From assembly GCA_963776345.1 (NCBI GenBank), contig CAVZMH010000022.1:32001-96000 (forward strand): a DNA stretch of 64,000 bases. Direction: 5' to 3'. Below the pieces are notes generated by a model. The model made no database searches and was not told the DNA's origin. It saw only the letters and a list, made by a program, of their open reading frames with translations. The translations under genes were made by a program, and so were the position numbers. Shown piece after piece: positions 8,319 through 18,011 of this stretch (positions are counted from its first letter, which is position 1; every line of letters starts with the position of its first letter). This DNA comes from an uncultured delta proteobacterium. GTDB taxonomy: Bacteria > Myxococcota > Myxococcia > Myxococcales > Myxococcaceae.

Positions 8319-10780
8319 TCGCCTCCGGGCTCCTTCATCGTGGCCAGCATCTCGACCACCAGCTCGATCGCCGATCCTGCGATGAACGAAGCCGTGTGGT
8401 GGAGCACTGCGCCGGTCCCGCAGAAGGCGGCACCAATCCCGGCCGCGGCAACTCCGCCGACGGTGATTCCTTCGTGTGCCTCGACGGCGATGGAAGCGAG
8501 AAGGAGGAATGCGCACACCCCGACGTGTTCCACGGTGCGGTCGATGATGCCCTCCTCGGCCACTCCCCCGAGCCCGTGCTCTCCGATGCCCAGGGTCGTG
8601 CCCGTGACCGGGTCCACGCGCCACCAGGAGGCGGAGCGCGCCTCTTCGCTCGTCCTCGGGCGGGCGATGACGAGGTATCCCCGCTTGAGATCTTCGCGGA
8701 TTCGGGCCTTGGCCTCGGGGGAGACCTCCAGCTGGGCAACTCCGGCGGTATCGCCCGGCGCGAGTCGGACCCATGGCCGCCCGGAAGCGAGGTCCATCGC
8801 GTGCTGCGCGGCGGTATTGGAGCGATCGCCAGGGCCCGGGAAGAGCGCGTGCTCGGTGGCTGTGTCGAGGACTCCCTGCGCGACCCGGTGGGAGAAGCTG
8901 AAGTCTGCCCCAGTGCGATTGGTGACGATGTCGAAGGCGATGCTCGCCGTCCAGCCTGCTCCACGCGGGCGCGCAGGCATCGACCAGAGGAGCGCGATGT
9001 TGGGAGCGATCGGCGGGGCGGGGGAGAGCGCCGCATTGCGCGAGCGATTCAGCGCCCAGCTCCACAGCGGAAAAGGTACGGATTGCTCGCCGAGCAGCTG
9101 GAAACTCTCGGCGGGTCGTCTCGGCGCGCTCACGAACGACGCTACCTGCTCCAGCGCGCTCGCCAGCCGCTGGCCACTCAACCGGGTCAGCCAATCCTGC
9201 GACGGAGTGCACCCGCTGACGAGGGCAGCGGTCTCGCCGGCGAGCGCCAAGCCCCGCTTCTCCTTCGCAGCGTCGTCAATCTTGGGCGCCTGGGAGCTCC
9301 CTGCAGCCCGAGCCGAGGGTTCGAGCAGATCGAACACCGCCCGGCGATGTTGCTCGACGGGTCGACCCGGCACGCGAACCTCGATCTCCAGCCACTCCGC
9401 GGTGATCCGCGTCGGGCCGCCGGATTCGTCCGGAGCCTTGGGGGCCTCTCTGGGAGCAGGGCCGCCGAAGGCTTGGGTGAACCCACCGGCCATCTTCGAG
9501 CCCACGGCGGCCACCGCGCTGCCGGCGAATCCGAGCTGACTCTTCGTCGCCTGGTTGGCGGGCAACACCTCAGCGCGCAGGGTGTACAGCCGGTCGGTCA
9601 GCTCCTCCGAACCGAGGGTCAGCACCGGCTCGATGACCCAGGCGCTCCTCAGCGCCTGAACGTAGGCGGCAGCGGGATCCGCGCTGGCTAAGATCGAATC
9701 GAGCGGTGGCTCGGGCAGAAGCCGGTGCCTCAGGGTGAAGGACTTCCCAACGAGATCGGCGACAGCCCACGTACGCTCGAAGACCGTGTTCTCGGCGGTG
9801 CCTCCGGCTTGCCGGCTCTCGAACAGAACGCGAAAGGTGACCCGATGGCGGAGATCCTCCGGAATCTGGTCCGGCGAGAAAGTGCTCGTGGCCGCGAGGC
9901 GACCGACCGTGTCCTCATCGGGATCGAGGTCCTGCCATTCGGCACTCGCCTGGCGCTGCACCCAGAAGTGGTCGGCGAGGACCTCGTCGGTCTCTGCCGC
10001 CAGGTCCGCGTCGCGCTTCTCCAGTGCTCCGACCGAGGCGTTCACCGCCGGGAGCACCTTGGACATCAGATCCTTCACGGCGGACCCGAAAGCCTCGTCA
10101 CCCCGAATCCGCGCGGTGATGGTCTGGTCGAGCTTGCCCGCTGGCAGGGGCACGGTGGCGAATGTCCGGGTCAGCTCGGCGCGATCGAGCGGAGGCATGG
10201 GGTCAGGGCTCCACCGCCGGGCGGCCAGGGTGGAACGGAGCACGCTCGCCACCTGCTTGTTGAGTGTCGCCCGGGCAATCCGGACCGCGTGCCCGGCTCG
10301 CTTGAGCAGATCCGCGGTGAAGAGCGCACGGTCCAGGCTGTTGCCCGAGCGATCCATGAGGACGCCGGGAGCAGCCCGGAGCAGCCCACGGTAGGCAACG
10401 TGCCGGGTGTTCTCCCGGACCCAGCGGAGGATGGCCTCCGGTTCCGGACCGGTGTGCCGGACCACCACCGCCGCGTCCTCGTGATCGCGAGGGGTCTGGT
10501 CGACGATCGAACGGGAGACCGTGGCAAGCGCACGGGCCTGGTCGGCCAGTCGAGCGCGCTCGGCGGCGCCGGCGTCACTCTCCGCGGGGCCCGTCGGGCC
10601 CCGGGCGGCCTTCTCCGGCTCCTTCGACGGTCCGGGTGGGGCCACGCTGGGAGGGGTGCTTCCGGTTCCCGGCCCCGGCGAGGGGCTTCGATTCCCACAG
10701 CCCCGGCCGCAGCCGAGGAGGAGGAGGGCTCCCAGCGTGAGCCACCACGCGGAGGTGACCCGCCGGCGTGTTCTGTCCAT
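8315..10780 (-). CDS. Large lipoprotein with a transglutaminase-like domain
   Basis: GGAGGAG RBS, MDRTRRR start, lipobox LLLGC, and motifs WVREN...YRG...GNSLDRA, DHFWVQ, WQDLDP. Ends in a hydrophobic Gly-rich tail. Confidence 0.7.
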   Translation of the reverse strand: MDRTRRRVTSAWWLTLGALLLLGCGRGCGNRSPSPGPGTGSTPPSVAPPGPSKEPEKAARGPTGPAESDAGAAERARLADQARALATVSRSIVDQTPRDHEDAAVVVRHTGPEPEAILRWVRENTRHVAYRGLLRAAPGVLMDRSGNSLDRALFTADLLKRAGHAVRIARATLNKQVASVLRSTLAARRWSPDPMPPLDRAELTRTFATVPLPAGKLDQTITARIRGDEAFGSAVKDLMSKVLPAVNASVGALEKRDADLAAETDEVLADHFWVQRQASAEWQDLDPDEDTVGRLAATSTFSPDQIPEDLRHRVTFRVLFESRQAGGTAENTVFERTWAVADLVGKSFTLRHRLLPEPPLDSILASADPAAAYVQALRSAWVIEPVLTLGSEELTDRLYTLRAEVLPANQATKSQLGFAGSAVAAVGSKMAGGFTQAFGGPAPREAPKAPDESGGPTRITAEWLEIEVRVPGRPVEQHRRAVFDLLEPSARAAGSSQAPKIDDAAKEKRGLALAGETAALVSGCTPSQDWLTRLSGQRLASALEQVASFVSAPRRPAESFQLLGEQSVPFPLWSWALNRSRNAALSPAPPIAPNIALLWSMPARPRGAGWTASIAFDIVTNRTGADFSFSHRVAQGVLDTATEHALFPGPGDRSNTAAQHAMDLASGRPWVRLAPGDTAGVAQLEVSPEAKARIREDLKRGYLVIARPRTSEEARSASWWRVDPVTGTTLGIGEHGLGGVAEEGIIDRTVEHVGVCAFLLLASIAVEAHEGITVGGVAAAGIGAAFCGTGAVLHHTASFIAGSAIELVVEMLATMKEPGGE

Positions 10781-10802
10781 GGCAGCTCCTCCTTCGAGGG
10801 TT

Positions 10803-10952
10803 TCAGCTCCTGGAGACCACCATCCTGGCCAGGGCCACCGGGCCGTTCTTCCAATCCACTGACAGGCCGTCACGCCCACGGCTCTCCGCGGCGGAGGCGG
10901 TGAATCCAAGTGCAGCGCCCACGACCAGCAAGAGCCGCTCGCTCGTCTCCAT
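10803..10952 (-). CDS. Putative small ORF (49 aa) with a signal-peptide-like N-terminus
   Basis: GGGAG RBS then METSERLLLVVGAALGFTASAAES. Ends just upstream of the lipoprotein RBS. Confidence 0.3.
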   Translation of the reverse strand: METSERLLLVVGAALGFTASAAESRGRDGLSVDWKNGPVALARMVVSRS

Positions 10953-11270
10953 GGGTTGCTCCCAACTCCCGAATCGCCCGCGTTGGCCGGTCGCGGCGGT
11001 AGCCGACGGTAGGGCCCTTTCCTCACGAGGGTCAATCGCTCGGTGGAACGAGCTCAACAGAGCGGGCAAGTCTTCGGGTTGGCAGGAGAAGCACGACTCG
11101 TGAAGCCGGCATCGTTGCTCTGGGCTGTCGTCCGAGGACTCAGCGTCCGATCTGGCAAGGGCCCTCGCCCAGAGCTCGGGCGGCGGTGACGGCGAAGTCT
11201 GTGCCGGCCTCTCTCGAATACCCGGGGTTGTTCTTCCCTGGACCCATTCCGTGCCACAGTTCCGCGCGCC

Positions 11271-13445
11271 ATGCCAGTGCGAGAGGGCGACATCCTCGAC
11301 GGCCGATTCGAGCTCTCCCGGGTGGCAGCCCATGGCGGCATGGGGACGGTGTTCCGAGGCGTGGATCGCGAGACCGGCGCGCTGGTGGCGATCAAGACGG
11401 TCCTCTCGGGTCAAGGCGCGGAGCGCTTCCGGCGCGAGGTCGAGGTGCTTTCGGCGCTGCGCCACCCGGGCATCGTGGCCTACCTGGGGCAGGGGCGGAC
11501 CGCTGACGAGCTGTACCTGGTCATGGAGTGGCTGGACGGCGAGGACCTCGGGGCCCGGCTCGCAGCTGCCGAGCTGACGGTGTCCGAGGCGCTGACCGTG
11601 GGGCTCCAGGTCTCCTCGGCGCTCGGAGCGGCGCACGCGCAGGGCATCGTCCACCGCGACATCAAGCCCTCCAACGTCTTTCTCGCCGACTGGCGGGTGG
11701 ATCGGGTGAAGGTCCTCGACTACGGCATCGCCCGGCAGCTCGGCACCGCCGGCCTCACGGAGATCGGGACGGTGGTGGGGACGCCAGCGTACATGGCACC
11801 CGAGCAGGCCCGCGGGCAGGGAGAGGTCGACGCCCGCACGGACGTCCACGCGCTCGGGGCGCTCCTCTTCCGCTGCCTCGCCGGTCGCCCTCCGTTCGAG
11901 GCCGACACCCGCGAGGAGTCGCTCGCTGCACTCCTGCATCGTCCGGCGCCACGCCTCGGGGACTTCGCGAGCGTGCCCCCTGCGCTCGAGGAGCTCGTCG
12001 GACGGATGCTGGACAAGGACCCGGCCCGACGGCCGGCGGACGGACGCGCCGCCTGGAGCGCTCTGTCTTCCATCGCTCCGGGGCCAGGCGCCGTGGCGCC
12101 ACCCCGCTCGCTCCAGGCCGTCCAGAGCGAGCCGCCGCTCCAGCCGGCCCGCGTGAGGCCAGGTCTCACCTCCGTCGCGGTGCCGCCCTTCCTGGACATG
12201 AGCGTGGCGCGGGACCAGGGCTACCTCTGCGAGGGCATTGCCGAGGAGCTCATCAACACCCTGACCCAGGTCCCCGGTCTCCGGGTGGCTGCGCGTAGCT
12301 CGTCCTTCGTTCTCCGGGGCTCCGAGGCGGACGCCCGGGCGATCGGCACACGCCTCGGGGTCGATGCGGTGCTCGAGGGCGGGGTCCGCAAGGCTGGAGA
12401 TCGTCTCCGCGTCACCGTGCAGCTCGTGGACGTCCCCGGCGGCTCGCCGCGCTGGTCCCGTCGCTTCGACGGATCGCTGGACGAGGTCTTCGAGATCGAG
12501 GACCAGATCGCCACCAGCGTGGCCACCACCCTGCGCGGGATGCTGAGCAGCGAGGAACGAGAGGCGCTGCGCCGCCCCGAGGCACGGGTGGAGGCGTACG
12601 AGCACTTCCTGCGCGGCCGACAGCTGCTGCACGCCCAGACCTCCACCTCGTTCGCCGCAGCCGAGCGGGAGTTCCAGCGCGCCATCGAGATCGATCCCGG
12701 ATACGCGCCCGCCCACGCCGGTCTGGCGCAGGTCCACATGTGGCTGGTCGACTGGATGGCGCGAGGTGACGAGTCGCGCCAGGCCGCGGATCGCGCGAGC
12801 CGCCGGGCGCTCGAGCTCGGGCCAGAGCTGGCCGAGTCGCACGTGGCGCGGGGCGCCTTCCTGACCAGCGGGTGTGACTACGCCGGCGCCGAGCGGGAGT
12901 ACCGGGAGGCCATCCGGCTGAACCCCCGCTCCTTCGACGCGCACTACCTCCTCGCCCGGTGCGGCGTCCTCGCCGGGGACTTCGAGATGGCGGTCGAGAT
13001 GTTCCGGCGGGCGGCCGAGCTTCGCCCCGAGGACTTCCAGTCCTGTGCTGTCGCCCAGAACCCCCTGGTGAGGCTCGGCAGGCTGGCCGAAGCCGCGGAG
13101 GTCCTGCGGGAGGCGCTGCGGCGGATCGAGCGCCACCTCGAGCTCGACCCGGGGGATCCGCGCGCCCTCATCCTGGGAGCCATCGTGCTCGTGTCGCAAG
13201 GCCAGCGCGAGCGCGCGTTCGCCTGGACGGCTCGTGCCCTCGAGATCGCGCCGGATGACCCGGGGACGCTGCTCAACGCCGGATGCGTGTACGCCCGCGC
13301 GGGGATGAAGGAGGAGGCGCTGGTCTGTCTGGAGAAGGGCTTCGGACGCGGGTTCGGCAAGCGCGACTGGGTGCGGAACGATCCGGACTACGACTCGCTC
13401 AGGGACGACCCGCGGTTCCAGGCGCTGGTGGCCAAGCTGCGCTGA
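11271..13445 (+). CDS. Ser/Thr protein kinase with TolB-N-like and TPR domains
   Basis: GGMGTV, VAIK, HRDIKPSN, DYG, GTPAYMAPEQ. Then SVAVPPFLDMS...EGIAEELINTL and C-terminal TPRs. Confidence 0.92.
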   Translation: MPVREGDILDGRFELSRVAAHGGMGTVFRGVDRETGALVAIKTVLSGQGAERFRREVEVLSALRHPGIVAYLGQGRTADELYLVMEWLDGEDLGARLAAAELTVSEALTVGLQVSSALGAAHAQGIVHRDIKPSNVFLADWRVDRVKVLDYGIARQLGTAGLTEIGTVVGTPAYMAPEQARGQGEVDARTDVHALGALLFRCLAGRPPFEADTREESLAALLHRPAPRLGDFASVPPALEELVGRMLDKDPARRPADGRAAWSALSSIAPGPGAVAPPRSLQAVQSEPPLQPARVRPGLTSVAVPPFLDMSVARDQGYLCEGIAEELINTLTQVPGLRVAARSSSFVLRGSEADARAIGTRLGVDAVLEGGVRKAGDRLRVTVQLVDVPGGSPRWSRRFDGSLDEVFEIEDQIATSVATTLRGMLSSEEREALRRPEARVEAYEHFLRGRQLLHAQTSTSFAAAEREFQRAIEIDPGYAPAHAGLAQVHMWLVDWMARGDESRQAADRASRRALELGPELAESHVARGAFLTSGCDYAGAEREYREAIRLNPRSFDAHYLLARCGVLAGDFEMAVEMFRRAAELRPEDFQSCAVAQNPLVRLGRLAEAAEVLREALRRIERHLELDPGDPRALILGAIVLVSQGQRERAFAWTARALEIAPDDPGTLLNAGCVYARAGMKEEALVCLEKGFGRGFGKRDWVRNDPDYDSLRDDPRFQALVAKLR

Positions 13446-13487
13446 GACGGATCCACCTTGGCGCGCCTCGCCGAGGAGGACGATCGA

Positions 13488-14234
13488 ATGATGGTGACCA
13501 CCACCGCGCTGTCCCGTCCGCGCTGGAACACGGAGCGCGCCTTCTACGGGGGCATGGCGCTGGCCATCCTCGCCGCGGTCTGCCTCGGCTTCGCCCGCAG
13601 CTTCTTTCTCCGCCCCTGGTTCCCCGAGGTCCACGTTCCGCCGGAGCGGTACTTCCTCCTCCACGGCACCGTCTTCTTTGCGTGGTTCGTGCTCCTGGTG
13701 GTGCAGGCCCTGCTCGTCAGCGCGAGGCGGGTGGACCTCCACCGCACGCTGGGTGTCCTGGGCGGGGTGCTCGCGGCGCTGATGGTGGTGGTCGGGGTGA
13801 CCGGTGCGATCATCGCCGCGCGCCGCCCGGGCGGGTTCGTGGACTCGCCGATGCCTCCGCTGCAGTTCCTGGCCGTTCCGGTCTTCGACATGGTCCTCTT
13901 CGGCACCCTGGTCGGGCTCGCCCTGGCGAGGCGGCGCGACCGGCAGGCCCACAAGCGGCTGATGCTGGTCGGGTCGATCGCCCTCCTCGTCGCCGCCATT
14001 GCCCGCTGGCCGTTCGCCGTCATCGAGGCCGGGGGCCCGGCGGTCGCCATGGGGCTCAACGACCTGTACCTGGTGCCCCTGGTGATCTGGGATCTCGCGA
14101 CCCGCCGGCGCCTTCACCCCGCCACGCTCTGGGGCGGGCTCGCGCTCGTCGCCTCGCAGCCGCTGCGGTTCATGCTCTCCGGGACCGAGGCGTGGCTGGT
14201 CTTCGCCCGGTGGCTGACCGGCTTGCCCGGGTGA
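13488..14234 (+). CDS. Multi-pass membrane protein
   Basis: GAGGAGG RBS, about 7 hydrophobic helices, and LHR.LG / AHKRLM motifs. Confidence 0.8.
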   Translation: MMVTTTALSRPRWNTERAFYGGMALAILAAVCLGFARSFFLRPWFPEVHVPPERYFLLHGTVFFAWFVLLVVQALLVSARRVDLHRTLGVLGGVLAALMVVVGVTGAIIAARRPGGFVDSPMPPLQFLAVPVFDMVLFGTLVGLALARRRDRQAHKRLMLVGSIALLVAAIARWPFAVIEAGGPAVAMGLNDLYLVPLVIWDLATRRRLHPATLWGGLALVASQPLRFMLSGTEAWLVFARWLTGLPG

Positions 14235-14266
14235 CGGGGTCCGCAGGGGCGATGGGAAAGGGCCGG

Positions 14267-14800
14267 CTACCCGCGGGTGCCAGACGCCTCGAGCCATGCG
14301 CGGACCTCACCCACCGCTTCCCTGGTGCGCCGAGCCAGCGCGGCGGCGTCGGGCTTCTTCCGGTCGATGCGCTTCAGCGTCTCCTCGGCGGCCTCGCAGG
14401 AATGGGCGACCAGGGCCTCGACCTCGGCGGCGATCCACGGGTCGGTGCCCCCCGCCTCCCGCAGCCCGCGCAGCGCAGCGAAACGCCCGTCGAGCGCTTC
14501 CAGGAGCTCGTCCAGCTCCCGGTTCTCATCCCGCCGCGCCGGACGGCCCCGGGTGGTCTGCAGCTCCACCCGCCGCATGTGCGCCGCGTCGAAGAGGAAC
14601 GCGCCGAGGGTCGCCACCAGGTGGGGGTCGTTCGGGAAGATGCGTGAGAGAGAACCGGACCCCCGCCGGATGCGAGCCTCGACCGCCTCCATCTCCGTCA
14701 GCGTCCTCGGCGCGCTGGCGGCCGCATGCAGCTCTTTGTATGCCTTCCACTCCGCGGACTGCTGCCAGGTTGGAGCAGTCGATTCTGGGCCGCCGTCCAT
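14267..14800 (-). CDS. Hypothetical helical protein
   Basis: Protein-like composition from MDGGPEST onward, with a GAGG RBS. Confidence 0.55.
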   Translation of the reverse strand: MDGGPESTAPTWQQSAEWKAYKELHAAASAPRTLTEMEAVEARIRRGSGSLSRIFPNDPHLVATLGAFLFDAAHMRRVELQTTRGRPARRDENRELDELLEALDGRFAALRGLREAGGTDPWIAAEVEALVAHSCEAAEETLKRIDRKKPDAAALARRTREAVGEVRAWLEASGTRG

Positions 14801-14924
14801 GGATGCCTCGCTGACCGACGGGGAGTCTACGGCGAGCGTCGCCGCGAACAGCACCGGCCACGCGCGGGGCTGACCGGACCTCCCGGCGCCCGGGGGTCTC
14901 GATGGACGTTCCTGGAGACGGCCG

Positions 14925-15356
14925 GTGAAGATGGTGGTCCGCGCGCTGGTGCTGGGACTCGGCCTCGGCGGCGCTCGGGCCGGGGCGCCGGCCGCCGGCG
15001 CCGCGGGAGGGACGCAGGTGAAGAGCTCGACTGCGGTGACCTCGTCGACGGCGGCCCGTTCCAGGTTCGAGCGGTTCGCCAGCGAGGAGCTGCTCCCGGG
15101 CCTCGAGCCGGACGAGCGCGCCGAGCTGGCGGACATCCTCCGCAACCGTCCCTCGGTCCAGAAGGCGGCCTGCCGCGACGTCATACCGCTGCTCGGCGCC
15201 GGCACGAGGCTCCTCGCGGGAACCGCGGCGGCGCTGGATCGACCGGGCGGCTGCTGGAGGCTCGTCTACGACGGCCGTCTTCGCCCCGGTCTCGGAGGCT
15301 GTCTCGACGCGGCCACCGGCTCCGTCCTGGCGGCGTGGCGCATCCCCGAGGGCTAG
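14925..15356 (+). CDS. Hypothetical secreted protein
   Basis: Signal peptide, three Cys, ends WRIPEG. Confidence 0.6.
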   Translation: MKMVVRALVLGLGLGGARAGAPAAGAAGGTQVKSSTAVTSSTAARSRFERFASEELLPGLEPDERAELADILRNRPSVQKAACRDVIPLLGAGTRLLAGTAAALDRPGGCWRLVYDGRLRPGLGGCLDAATGSVLAAWRIPEG

Positions 15357-15433
15357 CGCCGGGGGGCCACCCCGCGGTGCCGTGGCCAATCCCGCCTGCG
15401 CGGTTCCGTGACCCACGTCCGGGCCGGGTGGGA

Positions 15434-17176
15434 TCAGCCCGGCCGGGCGCCCGTGCCCGTCGACTTCTCGAGCTCGTCGATGACGTCGGCCACCGACCGT
15501 CCGTGGCCGACGGCGCCGACTCGCTCCTCCATCTCTTCGGCGCGCAGGAGGTCGCGCACATTCGCCCGCGCCTCGACCAGACGCAGACGGATTCCCGCCG
15601 CCTGGAGCTCGGCCTGCAGGGTCCTCAGCATCCGGACGCCGGCCAGGTCGACGTTGGGAGAGGTGGAGAGGTCGAAGACCAGGAACTTCGGCGCGCCCGG
15701 CGCCGAGCGGAACTTCTCCCAGAGCGTGTCGCGGACGTGCTCGACGTTGAAGTAGAGCAGCGACGCCTCGACGCGGACCACCAGCCCGCCCGGAACGGCC
15801 TCGTTGTCGGGGTGCCGCTCGAGGTCCGAGAAGCTCCGGGTTCCGGGGACGCGGCCGAGGAAGGCGACGTGCGGCTGCGCGGCGCGCCTGATCAGGAGCA
15901 GGAGCGACACCAGGACCGCCACGATCACGCCGCGGAGGATGCCGAGCAGCAGCACCGCGGCGAAGGCCACCATCGAGACACCGAACTCGAAGCGGCTGAC
16001 CTTCCACACGTGGCGCAGCTCGCGGATGTCGATCAATCCCTTGACCGCCACCAGCACGATGGCCGCGAGCACCACGTTGGGCAGGTTGGCCAGGAGCCCG
16101 GTGAGGAACATCAGGCACAGACCGATGGTGATCGAGGCGAAGACCAGCGCCAGCGGCGTCCTGGCGCCGGCCTTGTCGTTCACCGAGGACTGCGACAGGC
16201 CGCCCGCGACCGGGTAGCCCTGGAAGAGGGCGGTGGCGAGATTCGCCGCGCCGAGGCCGAGCAGCTCCTGGCGCGGATCGACCTCCTGGTTGTGCGCCTG
16301 CGCCAGGGCGCGCGCCGCGGAGACGCTCTCCACGTACGCCAGCAGGAAGCAGGCGAACGCCAGGGAGAGCACCCCGTCCACGTCGCGGATGCGGAGTCCC
16401 GGCGGATGGAACCCGGGAAGGCCCTTCGGCAACTCACCGACGACCTTGAAGCCCAGCGCACCGAGCGGCGTGACCGAGAGGGCGATGACCGAGAGCACCA
16501 CCACCAGCAGCGCCACCGGGCGGCCCGGGAGGAACTTCTCCCCCAGCAGCAGCAGCGCCAGGGCGACGAGGCCGAAGGCCAGCACCGCGAGGTTGGTGTC
16601 GGGAATCTGCCGGGCCAGGATGGCCACGCGCTCGAAGAAGCCCTCGCCGCCGCCCTTGACCCCGAACAGCTTCGGCAGCTGCGTCATGGCGATGGTCAGC
16701 GCCGCGCCGGCCTTGAAGCCGAGGAGGATGGTCTCGCTGATGAAGTTGACCAGGGAGCTCAGCCGCAGGAGCCACGCCAGCACGCAGATCGCTGCGACCA
16801 CCAGCGCCGTCAGCGCGGCGATGGCGGCCCAGCGACCCGCGTCGCCCCCTGCCATGCCCGCGATCGTGGCCCCGACCAGCATCGAGATCGCGGAGGTGGG
16901 GCCGATCGCCAGCTGCCGGGACGAGCCGAACAGCGCGTAGAACAGTCCGCCGGCCAGATAGCAGTAGATGCCGTACTGCGGCGGAAGCCCGGCGAGCGAC
17001 GCGTAGGCCAGCGACACCGGAATGGCGTAGGCGGCGAGGGTCACGCCGGCGATCGCGTCCTTGCCCAGCCACTGGGGCCGGTACGCGGGGACCCACTGCG
17101 CCGGAGGAAAGGCCGCGCGCCATCCGCGGACGGGGGTCCTGACTGCAGCACTCGCCGCTCCGGCCGCTTCGCTCAT
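15434..17176 (-). CDS. SulP/SLC26 family anion transporter with STAS domain
   Basis: DAIAGVTLAAYAIPVSLAYA, FGSSRQLAIGP, QELLGLGAAN, GGLSQS, and STAS motif LLYFN...DLS. Confidence 0.95.
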   Translation of the reverse strand: MSEAAGAASAAVRTPVRGWRAAFPPAQWVPAYRPQWLGKDAIAGVTLAAYAIPVSLAYASLAGLPPQYGIYCYLAGGLFYALFGSSRQLAIGPTSAISMLVGATIAGMAGGDAGRWAAIAALTALVVAAICVLAWLLRLSSLVNFISETILLGFKAGAALTIAMTQLPKLFGVKGGGEGFFERVAILARQIPDTNLAVLAFGLVALALLLLGEKFLPGRPVALLVVVLSVIALSVTPLGALGFKVVGELPKGLPGFHPPGLRIRDVDGVLSLAFACFLLAYVESVSAARALAQAHNQEVDPRQELLGLGAANLATALFQGYPVAGGLSQSSVNDKAGARTPLALVFASITIGLCLMFLTGLLANLPNVVLAAIVLVAVKGLIDIRELRHVWKVSRFEFGVSMVAFAAVLLLGILRGVIVAVLVSLLLLIRRAAQPHVAFLGRVPGTRSFSDLERHPDNEAVPGGLVVRVEASLLYFNVEHVRDTLWEKFRSAPGAPKFLVFDLSTSPNVDLAGVRMLRTLQAELQAAGIRLRLVEARANVRDLLRAEEMEERVGAVGHGRSVADVIDELEKSTGTGARPG

Positions 17177-17285
17177 GGGGTCGTCCTGTTTGGTACGGCT
17201 CGGTGGCCCGGGAAGGCGGTCGAGCCCGCGCCGCTCGTCCGGATCGCGGGCGCGCGTTCAGCGTCGCATGATTCGTGCTCCGCGA

Positions 17286-17789
17286 TCAGGGGACTTTCGG
17301 CGCCGGGCTCCCTGCCCGGAACCGCGACGTGGCCATCGCTCCAAGGACGACGAAGGCCGCCAGCAAGAGGCCCTGGGCCACCTTGAAGGGCGGCTCGGTC
17401 TGCGTCGGCGCCAGCGCCCGCAGCCCCGGGATCTTGTTGAAGAGCTGCGCCACCAGCACGAAGCAGTTCAGGTACAGCGCGACCACGGCGGTGATGACGT
17501 AGACGCGCCGCCACCCGCCGGCCAGCTTCCTGCCCAGGAGCGCATAGAAGGTCACCGCCAGGATGACCACCGAGAGGATGCCCACCGCGTGCGAGGGCAT
17601 GAAGTGCTTCGCCGGCAAGGGAAACCCCGTGAGGCTGGTGAGCAGGGTGGAGCCGAGGAACCATCCCGTCCAGCGCGGCAGCTCTTCATTGGCCAGGTAG
17701 CCCAGGAAGAGCACGTAGAGGCCCGTGGCGATGCCCACCAGGCTGATCAGGGTGTGCACGAAGGTGAATGGCGGCAGTCCGGCGATCAT
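17286..17789 (-). CDS. Small membrane protein
   Basis: MIAGLPPFTFVHTLISLVG start, GAGGGA RBS, about 5 TM helices, conserved-looking APTQTEPPF. Confidence 0.8.
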   Translation of the reverse strand: MIAGLPPFTFVHTLISLVGIATGLYVLFLGYLANEELPRWTGWFLGSTLLTSLTGFPLPAKHFMPSHAVGILSVVILAVTFYALLGRKLAGGWRRVYVITAVVALYLNCFVLVAQLFNKIPGLRALAPTQTEPPFKVAQGLLLAAFVVLGAMATSRFRAGSPAPKVP

Positions 17790-18011
17790 CGAGCGTTCCC
17801 TCCGGAGGTAGACCAGGGGGCCGGACTCTACGGCTTCCACCCCCGCTCCGGGCGGGTGGCGCCGGAAATCGCGCCCCTCGCGTGCGTCGCCCTCGACGCG
17901 CCGGCCGAGTTCGAACAGACTTCGTCCCGGAGCTCCGGCGGGTCCGGTGGACACAAGGAGTCCGCGACGCGCCTTCCCCCGCCGACCGCTGGATCCGGAG
18001 CCTCTGCCACC

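Noticed and set aside
8319..9212. N-terminal 297 aa of ORF 5850..9212
   Set aside because: Arg-rich off-frame reading of the lipoprotein gene. The real start is at 8318.
10803..14297. 1164-aa minus-strand ORF, and similar long ORFs such as 14726..17386, 31864..34524, 45010..47463 and 56390..58816
   Set aside because: Shadow frames of real genes in high-GC DNA, with no motifs.
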